64,000 nt of DNA from Laetmonice hystrix (GCA_965235115.1 OZ249451.1:4464001-4528000); one strand, 5' to 3'; positions 1-13,710 are shown, numbered from the stretch's first letter. Notes: a model not told the origin generated them from the sequence alone. Translations and numbers: made by a program.

Positions 1-3000
1 AACCACAGATATGATAAAGAGACCCAGCGATAGCCTTGGGCCATGCATGTGATAAGATCTCCTTCCTAAAAAACACCTTATATCTCCCTGTCACACTCAG
101 AATACTCGAGGTAATGTAAGAAAACTCATAATAGGAGTCAAGCTCTACACTATCCAGTTTTCATTATTTTAGACACTGAACCGATACCGTACCGGTATAT
201 TTCTCACAGTCCAGTCCAACTTCAAAGGTGATATTCATACATTCTATGAGAACTTAGGCAGGGCTCGAATTTTAAATTTTGTAGGGCAAGGTGAGTGTTG
301 CCTTGGGTCTAAGTAGAAATTTTAGGGCACCACTTGAGGCAAGTTTGAGGGGCACCAAGGCAAACATTTCCTTCAAAGGAGGATTACGAAGGGTTAGCTT
401 TATTTTGGTCTCAAATTGCATGTAAAATTAGGTAAAGGCACAGAGGCAAACCAGGTAGGGCAGCCACATTATTTTATTGCCGTGGACATCGTGGCTAGAT
501 ATAATTAGGGCACTATGGCAAGTAGGGAGGGCAGTCAGTGCCGCGGCTTAATTCGAGCCCTGCTTTGGGATTACATTACAGATAGAGAGAGATATCTATG
601 TCTTTATGGTAATATACCAAGCTTTGTCCAAACAAGGATAGTCTCTGCAGGAGTCACTCTGTCACCCAGACCGCTCAAGTATGGCCAATTACTATCGCCT
701 GATGTCTAAGGCAAGTTAATCAGACGGTCAGGCAAGCCCAACAGATCACATACAGTCCTGAGTACTGGGTGTTTACAGAGGTGTTGCTTAATCAGGTGTT
801 CACTAACTGAGGTTTTACTGTACATATGGAAATAAATGGACCTTGAAAGGTTCTCACCTGAAAATTTTGACAGTCGTGAAAACCAAGGGCAGAGCCCTGG
901 TTACGGGTACAGCTGCTGGGGCAAGCCCCCCCCCCCCCCCCCCTCCCAAGCTGTGATAATTTAGGCTATTTTAGAGCCTTATCTTGCAGTCTAGATAGTC
1001 AGATGAGAAAGGTTTGCTATTTAACTGGACAGTAAACAATCTATATTTTACTGGTATTCCTGTGGGTTCTGTTGAACTTAGACAAGTTATACTGTTATGT
1101 TGTTCAATAGACAGTGTAGTGGCCTAAATACACAGCATAGCTTCCCGTTACCAAACAATAGGCTGGCGAGAACACTACATGGTCACATAAATTACTAAAA
1201 TCTTGATAAACTGTTGAAATCAGTGTTTCTGACAAGTTTTAGTTATCAAATTATTGAGAAACTTTCTGCTAACAGAGAGTTGGTGCTTCCTACCTGCAGG
1301 AGTTCTTATCTAACTACATGGATACACTGTCGCCATCAGGAGTGACTCAATCTGTTTCTTTGATTATACTGAGTCAAACACATTTACAATCGTTTCACAC
1401 ATGAAACAGTCTGTTTTACATTTATTATTTAAAGACAACTCTATTTGAAAGACATTCCCACACACTATTCAGCAATGATTTACCATGTATCTGCACGGAA
1501 AAATATTTCATGATCTGTCTATTGTCAAGGTAACAAGCACAGATTGTATCTTCCTGAACACATTGACTAACCCAAGTGCTCAGAGTCAGCAGTGCTTCTA
1601 GCACAGGTACTATTAGGAGTACTGAATGCAGGCCTTGGCCAAGCCAGTCATTGATGGAATACATGCACTCATTTGACCAGACAGAGCTGAGACGGCATCA
1701 ACTTGTTCAACCAATGCACCATACATTAGGTATTCAACATTCTCCGATCTCACCATGTGTTTGTGCCACTGCAGGCCGGGCAATACTGGGTGATGAAATC
1801 ACAGGCTGCACAGTTTATCATCAGTATATTATTGTGCTCACCTAGACAGACTTCAGCATGATGACCTATGTCAGTCTGTAAATGGTTGTACTCACTTTAT
1901 TAAAAGTCTGACAATGTCACTACTGGCACATGTGTCCATGGTGATGCAAGTGTGATGAGCAACACCTAACACAATGTCCATTGTTGTCTACCGACTTTTT
2001 TACAAGCTTTCATACTAGCTTTGACCAGAGAATTTCAATTTGGCAAAGTTTGTCTCAAAATTGCAGTTATAAATTTTGACAGTTTCCTACAACATTGTGC
2101 ACATCTTGTCAATAGTCATTCAACAGTATTGTACTAAAATATCATGATTCTAGATTTACCCAAAATGCCACCAGTTTATGTGAGTCCATCCATCCATCAT
2201 ATTCCCAGACTTTAGCACATATTTATAAAATTCTCAGTCTTTTCCCAGCCAGGGAGGTCCCAATATATGGAACCATGTTACTTGTGGTGTGATCACTGGT
2301 GGAGCAGGGGAGGGGGTTGTTTGGGGCCCCCGGAGTCCCGGGAGATCATGTTCTAATTTATCCATGATCAAAAACATCTAGCCGAGTATTGGAATGGCCA
2401 ACAGTACCAGTTCGACGAACCAGGAAACCTTGACTATACATGTGCATGGGGGGGGGGGGGGGGGGGGGGGGGGGGAGGGACAGACAAAAAAAGACTGTAC
2501 TCTTCTTCTCTCATCGATCCAGAAAGGTAGCCTGGAAGAAACATTGTTTTGGGTAACTTCTCTACCTATATTATCCGATTTGTGAATCATCAAAATTAAT
2601 TTAATATGAAGTTTCTGATGTATTGTCTTTCTACCATAATGTAATATTAATTGATGCTAGTTATAATGGTTTTGTTATAGTCACTGACAAAGTGACATGC
2701 TAAATCTAACACCTACTTCCAGACACATGACATGTATAGTCTCTAGGCCTAGATAATAGAGAATCACAGCTAGACACAATTTCAATGACAGATCTGTTTT
2801 TATTGCTGGTTTGTTCAGTAAAATTTAATGAATTCTTAGCCCAGGCCAAGGTCTAAACCTAGCGGTACGCTCAGTGCGGTCGAAGACTCTAGGCTAGGGG
2901 CACGGGTGGGGGGCCGTGGCCGCACAGACGGCAGACAGTCTGGGTGAGCTGACCAGACGGTCGGTCGGTCAGACTCGAGTCGCTGCAGCACGCACATCTT

Positions 3001-3400
3001 GTTCAAGTCAGGGTCACAGAAAATCACATCTGCCTTTACAGTTAAACGTACTCGGCTCGAAAACAATACGTTAGGGAAACCGTCGATTCTAAGCCACACG
3101 GCCCCCGTCCCGAAGGAAGGAAAAATTACTCTGAAGTGAAAAAACGCCTCGCTCGGCACAGAAGCCGTGCGGGCGGCGGCTGGCCCAGTTGGCTGACGTA
3201 AATAAACCGACGGGCGATAGGCTTGGCCGTCGTCGGCCCCACTGTTTTTATCTATGGTCTCCGAATGGCTCCACTAAATCGGCCCGTATTCCACTGTCTG
3301 TTGGACAATCTTCATAAAACAAACGGTATAAGTAAGACAACTTACCTCTCCAGACTATGAGGCTGGCCACTACACCAAAGAATATTATGCGAACCAGCAT
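1..3400 (-). CDS. Candidate spliced gene of unknown function running off the left end (signal/TM-like N-terminus)
   Basis: Minus-strand ATG at 3400 gives MLVRIIFFGVVASLIVWR, ending at a strong donor G|GTAAGT (3346/3345). A phase-compatible exon 1805-1754 (ACDFITQYCPACSGTNT, donor GTGAGA; alternative in-frame acceptor at 1841) and an exon starting at 65 after TTTTTTAG (WKEILSHAWPKAIAGSLYHICG...) keep an open frame to the window edge. The upstream region is CpG-rich with a YY1-like GGCGGCCATATT. No family recognised. Confidence 0.3.
259..562. mobile_element. Non-autonomous TIR element (MITE), CAGGG-ended, hAT-like
   Basis: 13-bp TIR CAGGGCTCGAATT (259-271) / AATTCGAGCCCTG (550-562). Flanks CTTAGG / CTTTGG match at 5 of 6 positions as a possible 6-bp TSD. 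Confidence 0.65.
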
Positions 3401-4519
3401 TTTGGCCAGGAATATCAGCTCTTAGGCAACTCCAGGATTTGAACCAATATGGCCGCCCGTGCTTCTAGCCGTCGGTAGAAACTCCGTTAGATATACGGAT
3501 TGCTGGTGTAAACCATGGGCACCGAGCACTGTACTTCATATTCGGATGTTTCACCGCTTCCTCTTTCTTTCGTACATGAAACTGTCGCCGAGTTCATGAC
3601 CAGATCGTCATTTTAATGCGGTAATATTACTCCTTTGCCATGACGTCTAGGGTCCTAGACAGATGACCCATTTTAGGGGGAGGGGGAGGGGGGAGAGGAC
3701 GAGTCCATCAGCGCGGCGGAGGGGATGACTGTAAGAACTGGGTCACGGTTTTGACTGGCGCCGGGCGAGTACATTGGGCCAGACAGGGGTGGGAGCCTGT
3801 TTGCAGCCGTTTTCTGGGAGTGGTTTCGCTGACCGACGTCACTCGCCCCACTGCGTCTGCTCATCAGACTCAGTCACTGTGGCGTAACTAGTTTTTTGCT
3901 GGGGGGGGGGGGGGGGGGGGGGGGAGGGTCTGGAGATAGAAATTGGTAAGTTTCTCCCTAGGCCTAGTCTACCAACAATTTTTGTCACTTCTTCTAGGTC
4001 CACGCCTGGTGTTTTTTTGGTTGTTTTTTTTTGGCGGCGCGGGGGGGGGGGGGGGCAGCGTAGCGAGCCGGGGAGGGGGGGGGGGGCGTGGCCGCCAGTA
4101 GCCTAATCGAATGGGACAGCCAACTCTGAGGATGAAAAATTTAAAAATATTCTAACTCGGAAGATCTAAGACTCTGGGTGCAGAACTTTTCATGTTTCGA
4201 CCACGGTGACCATTAAAAAAGATTTTGGCTCCCTATCAAGAATGATGAAGTACTCCACGTTAGGTCAATGATCCAACGTCGTATCGTGCAAAAAGCCCAA
4301 TGTCATGGCCATGCTTCGATTTTTTTGGGATTTTTTTTTTTTTTTGGGGGGGGGGTGTTTTTTGTAGGCAAGATTAATTATTCTTCTGAAATTAGGAACT
4401 CATACGAATAAGAATCAAACAGTTAAATTTCTCTGCAATGCTACAAAATTTAGCGAGTTCATATTCATTTTGATGAGATAATTTCCATTCTTACAGTTCA
4501 ATCTAAGGACTATAATTAT

Positions 4520-4589
4520 AGAGAGAGGGAGAGAGACAGAGAGAGAGACATACAGAGAGAGAGACAGAGAGAGAGAGAGACAGAGAGAG
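4520..4589. repeat. (GA)n / GAGACA microsatellite
   Basis: Directly visible GA-rich dinucleotide run. Confidence 0.9.
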
Positions 4590-4744
4590 CATTGGCGCTG
4601 CCTGTTGCAACGCGGAACACCAGCCACGCGGAACGCGGTTCCACCACTGTAGCCCCCAAGCGGCGATCAAATGAAGTATTTGCCCGCCGACCATGAAGGT
4701 GGTGCCACCTTGTGTCAAAGACACACACTGACATCACATTTATT

Positions 4745-4791
4745 CCTGCAGATGGCGCTCCCACGACCCGGAAGTCGGTGCTCTGACGTCA
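4745..4791 (+). promoter_or_regulatory. Probable Lifeguard promoter: CTCF-like, ETS and CRE motifs
   Basis: CCTGCAGATGGCGC (CTCF-like, 4745-4758), CCGGAAGT (ETS, 4768-4775) and TGACGTCA (CRE, 4784-4791) cluster about 1.9 kb upstream of the first coding exon, whose ATG is preceded by an acceptor at 6657-6658 (implying a non-coding exon 1). Confidence 0.5.
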
Positions 4792-5541
4792 AGCTCTAAG
4801 TAGGTCACATTTGTGTTGAAACAGACAGATCGCATCACGAGAGGTAAAGCCTCACTAGACGGTGATTATAGAAGGAAACGGACTGGGAATCTTCTAGTAC
4901 ACAAACATCCGTATCTAAAGAAAGGTAGGCCGGCAGAACGAAGTATTAATAAGTCGTCTTATCATAGCCATAGGGTACTAGATAAATTGATCTAACACGA
5001 ATTACTCTGCTTTGGCTTTGCCTAGTAATACGTAGTATTCAGGCTATTGCCGCATTGGACATCTAAGTACCAATCCCAAACTTCTAACTTATCTAAGTCT
5101 AACAATACAGATTACAGCACACTCTAACACTACACTACAGTCCAGAGTCTACGAGTAAATAGTAGCCTAGTAGCAGGTCTGAATACTGTTTCTGTTATTG
5201 GAGAGGGACCGTCTGAGAATATAATCTCACTGCAGTAAGAGAAGAGCTAGAATGGGTGAACGAGAAGTGTCCAATCTCAGCTCAGGCTAAGAATTCTGTC
5301 ACTGTCAGATTGTCACAACTGAACAACACTTGACACTTGTGTCTGAGAACTCTATTTAAGGCCTAGCCCATATGTCATGTAACGTCCACATGACAACCAC
5401 ATCCTTTAATTATTTGAAATATAGTTCCGTGTTGATATCTGTGTCCTCACCGGTTAGGTGGAAACCCTTACGTGGACAAGTAGCTCTAGGACTTGAATGA
5501 AACCCCTTCGCTTGGTTTCAGAATCATTTGACATACTTTAC

Positions 5542-5970
5542 CAGGGGTGGAAATTAGGGGAAATCACCTACTAGCCAGCAGGGCTAGTTAAGTAGAAATT
5601 TAACTAGCCCTGCTGTAAATGAACTAGCCAGCAGGGCGAGTTCAGGTGAAGGGTTACTCGCCCTCCACGTGACCACTGCCCGGCCATTCAACCCACAGAA
5701 ATCTGTACAGTCGAAGGTGTTGCCTTGTGGCTCTAGAAGGTCTGGAATTGGGCAACTGGAGAACTTAGAACCTACTGAACATTCTACGTTCTCTGCCCGG
5801 TAGTATCATGATGACTGCTATTGTGGGGGCAGGCGATTGCAGGAAAAAAATCACTCCCCCAATAATTTTAGACAAATCGCCAGCAGGGCGACCTGAATGG
5901 TCAGACAAGGTCGCCCAACAGAGGTTTAACTCGCCACGGGTGAGCGGGCGAGCATTAATTTCCACCCCTG
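5542..5970. mobile_element. Non-autonomous TIR element (MITE) with 6-bp TSD, hAT-like
   Basis: Perfect 15-bp TIR CAGGGGTGGAAATTA (5542-5556) / TAATTTCCACCCCTG (5956-5970), flanked by the direct repeat CTTTAC on both sides. Internal subterminal hairpins include the perfect 16-bp stem CAGCAGGGCTAGTTAA...TTAACTAGCCCTGCTG. Confidence 0.8.
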
Positions 5971-6679
5971 CTTTACAGCACATGCCACAAAGTGTGTCAA
6001 ATGCTAATATTACAACCATTGGTTGTATCAGAAAGGGTTTAATTGTGATGTTTTGTTTTAATAGCCTGAAAACTGAACAGTCATTAGACCTGTGTCTGAG
6101 AGTAATTTTCAGGATTGTTGTTAAGAAACCGTGTTAATGCATTGTTATGTAAAATGTCTGCGAGACTCTTCTAATGTCAATATATTATGTATGGTTCATG
6201 CAAACGCCCACATTGTAAATAGAAGCCCATCTACCATGGCATTCTCTGATATTTACCTGCTGGTTCATATTGAAGCTTGTGTCTGAGGTTTTGGCACTTG
6301 TTGTCAAGCAGCTCGATCCCTGCAGTGCTGTGGCCTGTTCTGATTACTCAATATTTTCTTTAGTATGTTTAAATAGTTCTGGGACGATTCTGCAGTAAAA
6401 TAACCTAGAGTGTAACTTCATTCTATTTTTATTGAAAATGGCATATCCACAGTCCCACCAGCTGATTTTGAGAAAGGCATACACTTTGTACCTCACCCCC
6501 ATTAAAACTCAAGTACCACTATCACAGCCCTAATTTTAAATTAATAATGTAGCTTGGCTAAAAGAAAAGGTACAATGGCTCAGCTACCGAACACCATGGG
6601 GCTCCCTCGATGTCATATCATGTGAAGTTGGCAGCTAACAAAGTTGTTTTGTTGTCAGGTTTGAGAGAAGAGTGTGAGG

Positions 6680-9600
6680 ATGACTTCAGCTCCTCCGCCA
6701 TCATATAACAGCGCCACTGGCTACAACACAATGTATGGTGGCCAGGGCCAGCCGTATCCACCGCCACCAAACACAGGTAGGTACATACCAAAGTCAACTC
6801 CACCAATACTCGCAGTCTCTGCAGTCTCTGGCACCAGCTTGTTTGGTTCAGGTTTTTATATTTTGTATGGTTTGTTAAAACTTCAGTTGTTGATAATTGC
6901 TGCTCTGTGGTGGTGATCATATAAATGACATGTACCCATAGATTATTACAGGTAGCTAGTAGGGAGGAAAACTAATATAAGTAAGGTTAGGGATGGCCTT
7001 AGTAATGAATAAACTGTTTATTATATTTGAAATTTACATATTAAATCCATACCCTTATTAAAATCTGTAGAACCTCCCACCCAGGACCAGGTGATAGTAT
7101 CTAAAGGTCAGTGCTTGAGACTTGAGTGTTGAAAACAATGGAAATTGTAACCGTTTCAAATTTCCATGTACCATCTTTGCTGATACAAATCATGCACAAT
7201 GAATTGGTAACTATTATTTCATTTCAGAATTGTATAATTCACTTTCATGATATATATTATCTAAACAATACATTTGTATACATCATACAATGATCACATT
7301 TCACCTTCAAATTGGCAAGCAAATTTTACCACCTGCCTATGCCAGCATAGTTTGCTTGACAGTGACACCTTCCTCAGATCTTGTCCGAGAGACAAGACTA
7401 GCATTGCTCCTCCGACTTGAAACCCCTCCTGTTTTTTTTTCTCTGAGATGATTTAAAATTCATGATATTGAGTAACCTGACCAATTTAACAGAAAGAACA
7501 GTCTGCTGGGCCATGCCAAGAACTTTGAATATGTTTGACCATTTTGTAATCACACAAGGTCTCTGACTAGAGCAGAGTCAGAATATATACATATATCCTG
7601 GTAGATAGGGGAGGCACAGACTGGGTGGAACAAAATTCTCAGTGAAAGAAAAGCGTAAAGTTCTGTTTGAGTGAATCAGAAGATAAGTGACAGCTGTCTG
7701 GTCTGTCAGGAAATAGGACTATCTGACAAAATAGCTTTCACATCCGATCAACTCCGTGATAAAAACAGAGACAGTACCAGTACATCAAAAATCTAAAAAC
7801 AAGAGGGACTCAAAAAGTGGACAGCAGGATATAACATGTCCTGTCGAAGTGATAATAGTAACTGTTATTGGGTCGAAATTACGAGTCACATCAAATACTT
7901 GTGGGAAGGTTTGAACATTGGCAGCACATGTTTGTAATATGGACACATTTTGTGTATGTGTGATGTAATTTGTACGTTTCAGTTCGTGTTGACCAAGGCT
8001 CAGCCTATTCTCCAGTTCCGCAGGGAGAATGGGCCCCCCCAGAGGGGGGGTTCTTTGGGCCCGCAGCCGGTACCTGTAATTCTTCTATATTTTTGTGCAC
8101 TCATACCCATGCCTTGTTGATTTAGCAAAGTGTTCATAAGTTGGTGTTTGGCTTTTAGATTTACTTGAAAAAACGCTGGCCAGTACCGGTAGAATTTCAG
8201 CGTTTGAAATAAAAATAGTTTTATCACTGGGCAAACTATACCAGCACTCAGATCTGTCTTAGCCATGAAATGTAATAATTTCATCAAGGTGGAGGACTAA
8301 GTAATATCATACAGGTAATATTTAGGAGTGCTTTGTAGCAGGCTGGGTCATTAAGAAAATCTCACATGTGAACATAATAGAGTAGGATGGTGCAAGACTA
8401 AAATAAAACTCACAGTTAATAGGGTTCAGGTACTGTGCAGAAAAATATAACGGACACTAATTAACAATATTCACCTTTTGTTTTTTAATGTTATGATTAA
8501 AGAGATCCTAAGTGCTACAAACAAAAAATGCTTCATTTTGGATTTCTCATAGTAAAAATTCTGATCAGTTTTAATATTGTAATTTTCCTCGTTTTTATAG
8601 CTTTAATAATGCATTTGGCTCTGAATTGCATTGTGCAATGTGAATTATCAAGCCATATGATTGGACAACAGCCCCTTTGACTATGAACGTGCCATGAGAT
8701 TTACTGGACAGTGAGTGACAAGGTTGAATATGATCAGTCTCCATAGCTACCACACCTGGTAGACTGTAGACAGGTGTGTGAGGTGTGTGACAGAGGGAAC
8801 TGGACTGAGCCAAGTGAACCACACTGAAAGGTTCAATCACGGAGCCTGAGGGCGAGTCTGGGACATGAATAATATCTCATGTAGATACTCTCCTGAATGT
8901 TGAATGTACCGACACACTCAGGGGCCACACTTCCAGGCTCCTCCTTTATAGGCCTATAAGGAGGAGAAGAAATGCATCTGAATACAAATTTTCTCTATGA
9001 TTTTTTAAAATAGAAAATGAGACCAAACTTTGACATCTGACAATAGCATTATTGCTGTAGTCGCTTCACGCTTACCTCCCCCTATCCTTCCTGGAAATGC
9101 AAAAGTGTTGCTTCATTACCTGTAGTTGACTCGTACATGTACAAGATACCACTGTACATGGTTAGAAATCAACAAATTTCTTACTTTATTGAGGCATTTT
9201 AAAAATTGTGTTGTTCAGTGTCTTGAATAAAAGATGTCCACATTAAAATTTAATTCTGGTTACTTGCTGAAAAGATGTACGATAATTATAGTTAAGTACA
9301 GTTTGAGGTACGCCATGTAATTAATATAGCTATAGGGTCTTAGATTTTGTAAGGAAGTTAGTGTTCAAATCCGAGTATCATATTTGCAGAGTCTTGCATG
9401 TTTTTTAATGGAGGATGATCTAATAGTGTCATTAAATTTTTTGTTCAGGATATGGCGGAGGACCACCCCCAAACAATCCAGCCTACCCCCCTGCAGGACC
9501 TGGGTTCCCTCCTCAGGCGGGCATGTACCCCCCACCCCAGGGTATGTTTCCTGCTCCACCGCCCCGATTCCCAATGTCGGAGGGCTACACCAACCCTATG

Positions 9601-12600
9601 ACTGGAGGGTACAATGCTGACCCTGCTCAGCCAAGCCAGCCAATGACAAACCCCACCTCGGATCAGTCGGGCGACTGGCAGAGCGAGAACTGGGCGGCGA
9701 GCTCGTTTTCTGACAAACACATACGTATGGCCTTCATACGAAAGGTGAGTACTTTCACTAGTCCTAACCAAGAAACTTTGACAGAGAAATAAATTTATAC
9801 TGACACTGTATATTAGAGACAATGAAAGAAATAGCCGTGATGACAAAATGTTAACTTTTAGGTGGATTCCTGTTTTAGGTTTACATGATCCTGATGACGC
9901 AGCTTTTCTTCACGTTTGGGATTGTGTGCCTCTTTGTTTTCCAGTAAGTCTTCTGAAATAATAGTATAGCAACTTGCAAATCTGTTTTATATATTAACAA
10001 TGGTAATCAGTGGCCCTATTCCCTTTATAATATATCTTTATTACATATAATATATATTTATTACATATATCTTTATTACACATCATATATCGTTATTACA
10101 TACTGGTATGTCTTTATTACATATAATTTATCTTTATTAGCCCCCAAACCCTTCGGGTTTTGGGGGCTNNNNNNNNNNNNNNNNNNNNNNNNNNNNNNNN
10201 NNNNNNNNNNNNNNNNNNNNNNNNNNNNNNNNNNNNNNNNNNNNNNNNNNNNNNNNNNNNNNNNNNNNNNNNNNNNNNNNNNNNNNNNNNNNNNNNNNNN
10301 NNNNNNNNNNNNNNNCAGAAACGTGCGGAACAATCATTTTCATATTTGAACACAAGATCAGGTACCATCCTGGCATGATGCACGTCAAAGGATTTTTTGA
10401 TACGATCCAAGATGGCCGCCTGGCAGCCATATTGGTGAAATACACATTTACAGCGATATCTCTGTTAAAAGAATACCATTTTCATTCAAACTTGGCACAA
10501 CGATAGGGGTTCATGGGGCAAACATACACGTCATTTTGTTTTCAGTTCGGATCCAATATGGCCGATCGGCAGCCATGTTTGTGTTGTTGGCAATGTCATT
10601 AGACTTTAGTGGCGTATAACTTGACAATGGGGCGAGGTGTGGGTAAAGTTACTATGGGGAGCGAATAGGAAGTTATATATGAGGAATCTTTTGACACCAT
10701 TATATTTGACCTTGGGTTGACATTTCAAGGTCATTTGAGGTCAGGTGTTTATTAAGGATCACTATGTCAGAAATGGTGTTCTTCAAGTCCTTTAGTGCTA
10801 CGATGCATTATGCAAAGAGAGGCTTATATTACAATTCACCATGATCAAGATTTTGAAGAGTGCGTCCAAGATGGCCGCTCGACAGCCATATTGGCAAAAT
10901 AGACATATACGGGCATATCTCTGTTAAAAGAATACCATTTTCATTCAAACTTGGCACAACGATAGGGGTTCATGGGGCAAACATACACGTCATTTTGTTT
11001 TCAGTTCGGATCCAATATGGCCGATCGGCAGCCATGTTTGTGTTGTTGGCAATGTCATTAGACTTTAGTGGCGTATAACTTGACAATGGGGCGAGGTGTG
11101 GGTAAAATTACTATGGGGAGCGAATAGGAAGTCATATATGAGGAATCTTTTGACACCATTATATTTGACCTTGGGTTGACATTTCAAGGTCATTTGAGGT
11201 CAGGTGTTTATTAAAGATCACTATGTCAGAAATGGTGTTCTTCAAGTCCTTTAGTGCTACGATGCATTATGCAAAGGGAGGCTTATATTACAATTCACCA
11301 TGATCAAGATTTTGAAGAGTGCGTCCAAGATGGCCGCTCGACAGCCATATTGGCAAAATAGACATATACAGGCATATCTCTGTTAAAAGAATACCATTTT
11401 CATTCAAACTGGGCACAACGATAGGGGTTCATGGGGCAAACATACACGTCATTTTGTTTTCAGTTTAGATCCAATATGGCCGATCGGCAGCCATGTTTTT
11501 TGTTGTTGGCAATGTCATTAGACTTTAGTGGCGTATAACTTGACAATGGGGCGAGGTGTGGGTAAAGTTAAAATTTGGTGGAAAGAAGGTGCATATGAGG
11601 GGCAATGTGTGTGCCAATACATTGCCAGATCAGAGCCAGATCTGGATTTCGTTCTTGCTGACAGAAAGCATGAGGGGTAACAAGCGTGCCAAAAGTACAC
11701 ATAGTTCCTGGACCCACAGAATATTTGTTCCTACTCAATTGGGGGCTGTGACTCCGACGGGGTCTAGTTACATGTAATGTAATAAAGTGGTTAGCTCTTT
11801 ATTATGTGTTATTCATCTTTATTACATGTATCTTTATATCGTTATTACATGGAATATATCTTTATTATTTTGATCTTTCAGCTCAGGAGTTAAGATGTGG
11901 GTACAGCGACACTCCTGGATCTACTGGCCATCTTAGTAAGTTTTTTCGACTGAGGGTCAGTAAATGTGGGGATCAGTGATGTTTTGGTGGGTTTTATTGC
12001 AGATTACTGAGAACAAAAATATCAGAGAATCTTGGTTATATCTGCCGTAGGTTTTGTGACCTAAAACACGTGGTATGTTGACTGGTTACCTTGTTATAAG
12101 ATAGTTGAGCCTACCCTACAATATTTGAACTTACAGTGGTGTGTTCCTCGTTACCTACATCATCCTGGTCTGCTGCCCCAGTGTCCGCCGCAAGTGGCCC
12201 GCCAACTTCATCTGCCTTGCCATCTTTGTAAGAAATTTAAATATTAATCAATCAGGATTTCAGTGTCAAGTAATTGTTGGAAGTGACACTTTTGTCAGTA
12301 GCTAATATTGGTTATGAGGTTGTTTTCTTTTTCTAGACTGTGGCACTGACCTATATTGCTGGCACCGTAAGCAGGTAAGAATTTTTCAGCAAGAAGTTAT
12401 GAAGTAGGAACTTTTCTTCAAATTAATGCTGTAAAGTTAAACTTAATCTCCAATAGTACACTACTAATAGTAATACTTTAGGAAATATGACCTTATTCCA
12501 CTCAGGCTATTAAGATTTTTTTTAACTTTAAGTACATATGATGATTTCAGTATATTTTTCCGGTTTCAGCTTCTACAACACTGAGGCTGTGCTAACTGCA

Positions 12601-13710
12601 ATGGGCATCACAGCAGGCGTCTGCCTGGCCATCTCAATCTTTGCCTGCCAAACCAAGGTACGCTAATACAGCATAGATTCTCACATAGGAATTGGCAGAA
12701 AGTCACAGTCCGAAAAGATATAAAGACAGAGCAGTTCATTGTGGATTTTCTTTCGGTAACAATTCCTTGGAGAAAAATATTTAAAAATGTTAGTCGATAC
12801 TGCCCCATTGTTTTGGTTTTAAAGTTGGTTGACAGTTTCTGGGATGGCATTGGTTTCAGATTGACTTCACCAAGTGTGGCGGAGTCCTGTTTGCTGGCTC
12901 GATCGCTCTCTTCCTATTCGGCATGTTGTGCATGGTCTGGTACCTAGTGGCTGGTCCTAACAGGGTGAGCAATAGATTCACAACACACCCATGGACTTGT
13001 CACCCATAACCAAATCCTTCTAATAAAACCATCGTGATTTATTGACAAAAAAACAAATTTTGTTTGTGAATCCTAAAACTAGAAAATCAACAAAGGGTAA
13101 ATTATTTTCTTCCATTTCAAGTTAGCAATTATCATCACCAGGGGCCAGTTGTATGACTGTCCGTTCGTTATTTTCCCCATGTATTTTCAATGAGAATTTT
13201 AACGAATGGACCGTCATGCAACTGGCCCCAGTGAGTCGTTCTGTGGAGGGTGTAGGGTAGAGTAATACTTTCAACAGGAAGAACTGTGTATAAGAAATTA
13301 TTGATCTCATTTCAGATCCTTCAGTGTGTCTATGGAGGAATTGCTGCCGTGCTCTTCTCTCTGGTAGGTTTAGCTCCATACCGGCCTCGAAACGATATCA
13401 TTACCACATCAAATGGCTTTAACCAAACATTTTTAAATTCCAATTTTTTTCCATTTGATACCTTGACAGACAGAATGTACACTGGCATATTTTTTACTGA
13501 TATACTGATTGTTTATAACTGTGCCGCTGGTGAAGTGACATAATGTTGTGTTTGTCACAGTTTCTGGCGTACGACACGCAGATGTTGATTGGAGGCCACA
13601 AACATGAGTTGTCACCAGAGGAGTATATCTTTGGATCCCTCCAGCTCTACCTGGACGTCGTCTATCTCTTCCTCATCATTCTGTCATTCTTTGGAGGGAA
13701 AGGCAACTGA
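6680..13710 (+). CDS. Protein lifeguard (TMBIM/Bax-inhibitor-1 family; GRINA/FAIM2-like), 343 aa
   Basis: Exons 6680-6776, 9449-9744, 9879-9943, 11882-11935, 12137-12227, 12337-12374, 12570-12657, 12860-12964, 13316-13363, 13561-13710; all GT-AG and phase-compatible. A Pro/Gly/Tyr-rich N-terminus is followed by FSDKHIRMAFIRKVYMILMTQL, RRKWPANFICLAIF, FACQTKIDFT and FLAYDTQMLIGGHKHELSPEEYIFGSLQLYLDVV, the LFG-subfamily signatures including both Asp residues of the TMBIM di-aspartyl sensor. Confidence 0.95.
10169..10315. other. Assembly gap (N run)
   Basis: 147 N. Confidence 0.99.
10405..11570. repeat. 459-bp tandem repeat, about 2.5 visible copies
   Basis: TCCAAGATGGCCGC recurs at 10406, 10865 and 11324; GAATACCATTTTC recurs at 10471, 10930 and 11389. 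Confidence 0.95.

Larger units (their letters stand above)
10139..11767. mobile_element. Helentron-associated non-autonomous element (HINE/DINE-1-like) in Lifeguard intron 3
   Basis: 5' palindromic end AGCCCCCAAACCCTTCGGGTTTTGGGGGCT (10139-10168); internal 459-bp tandem units; 3' subterminal inverted repeat TTGGGGGCT (11739-11747) followed by stem-loop GACTCCGACGGGGTC (11750-11764) and TAG. TT flanks both ends within a local TCTTTATTACAT motif. Contains an N gap. Confidence 0.7.
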
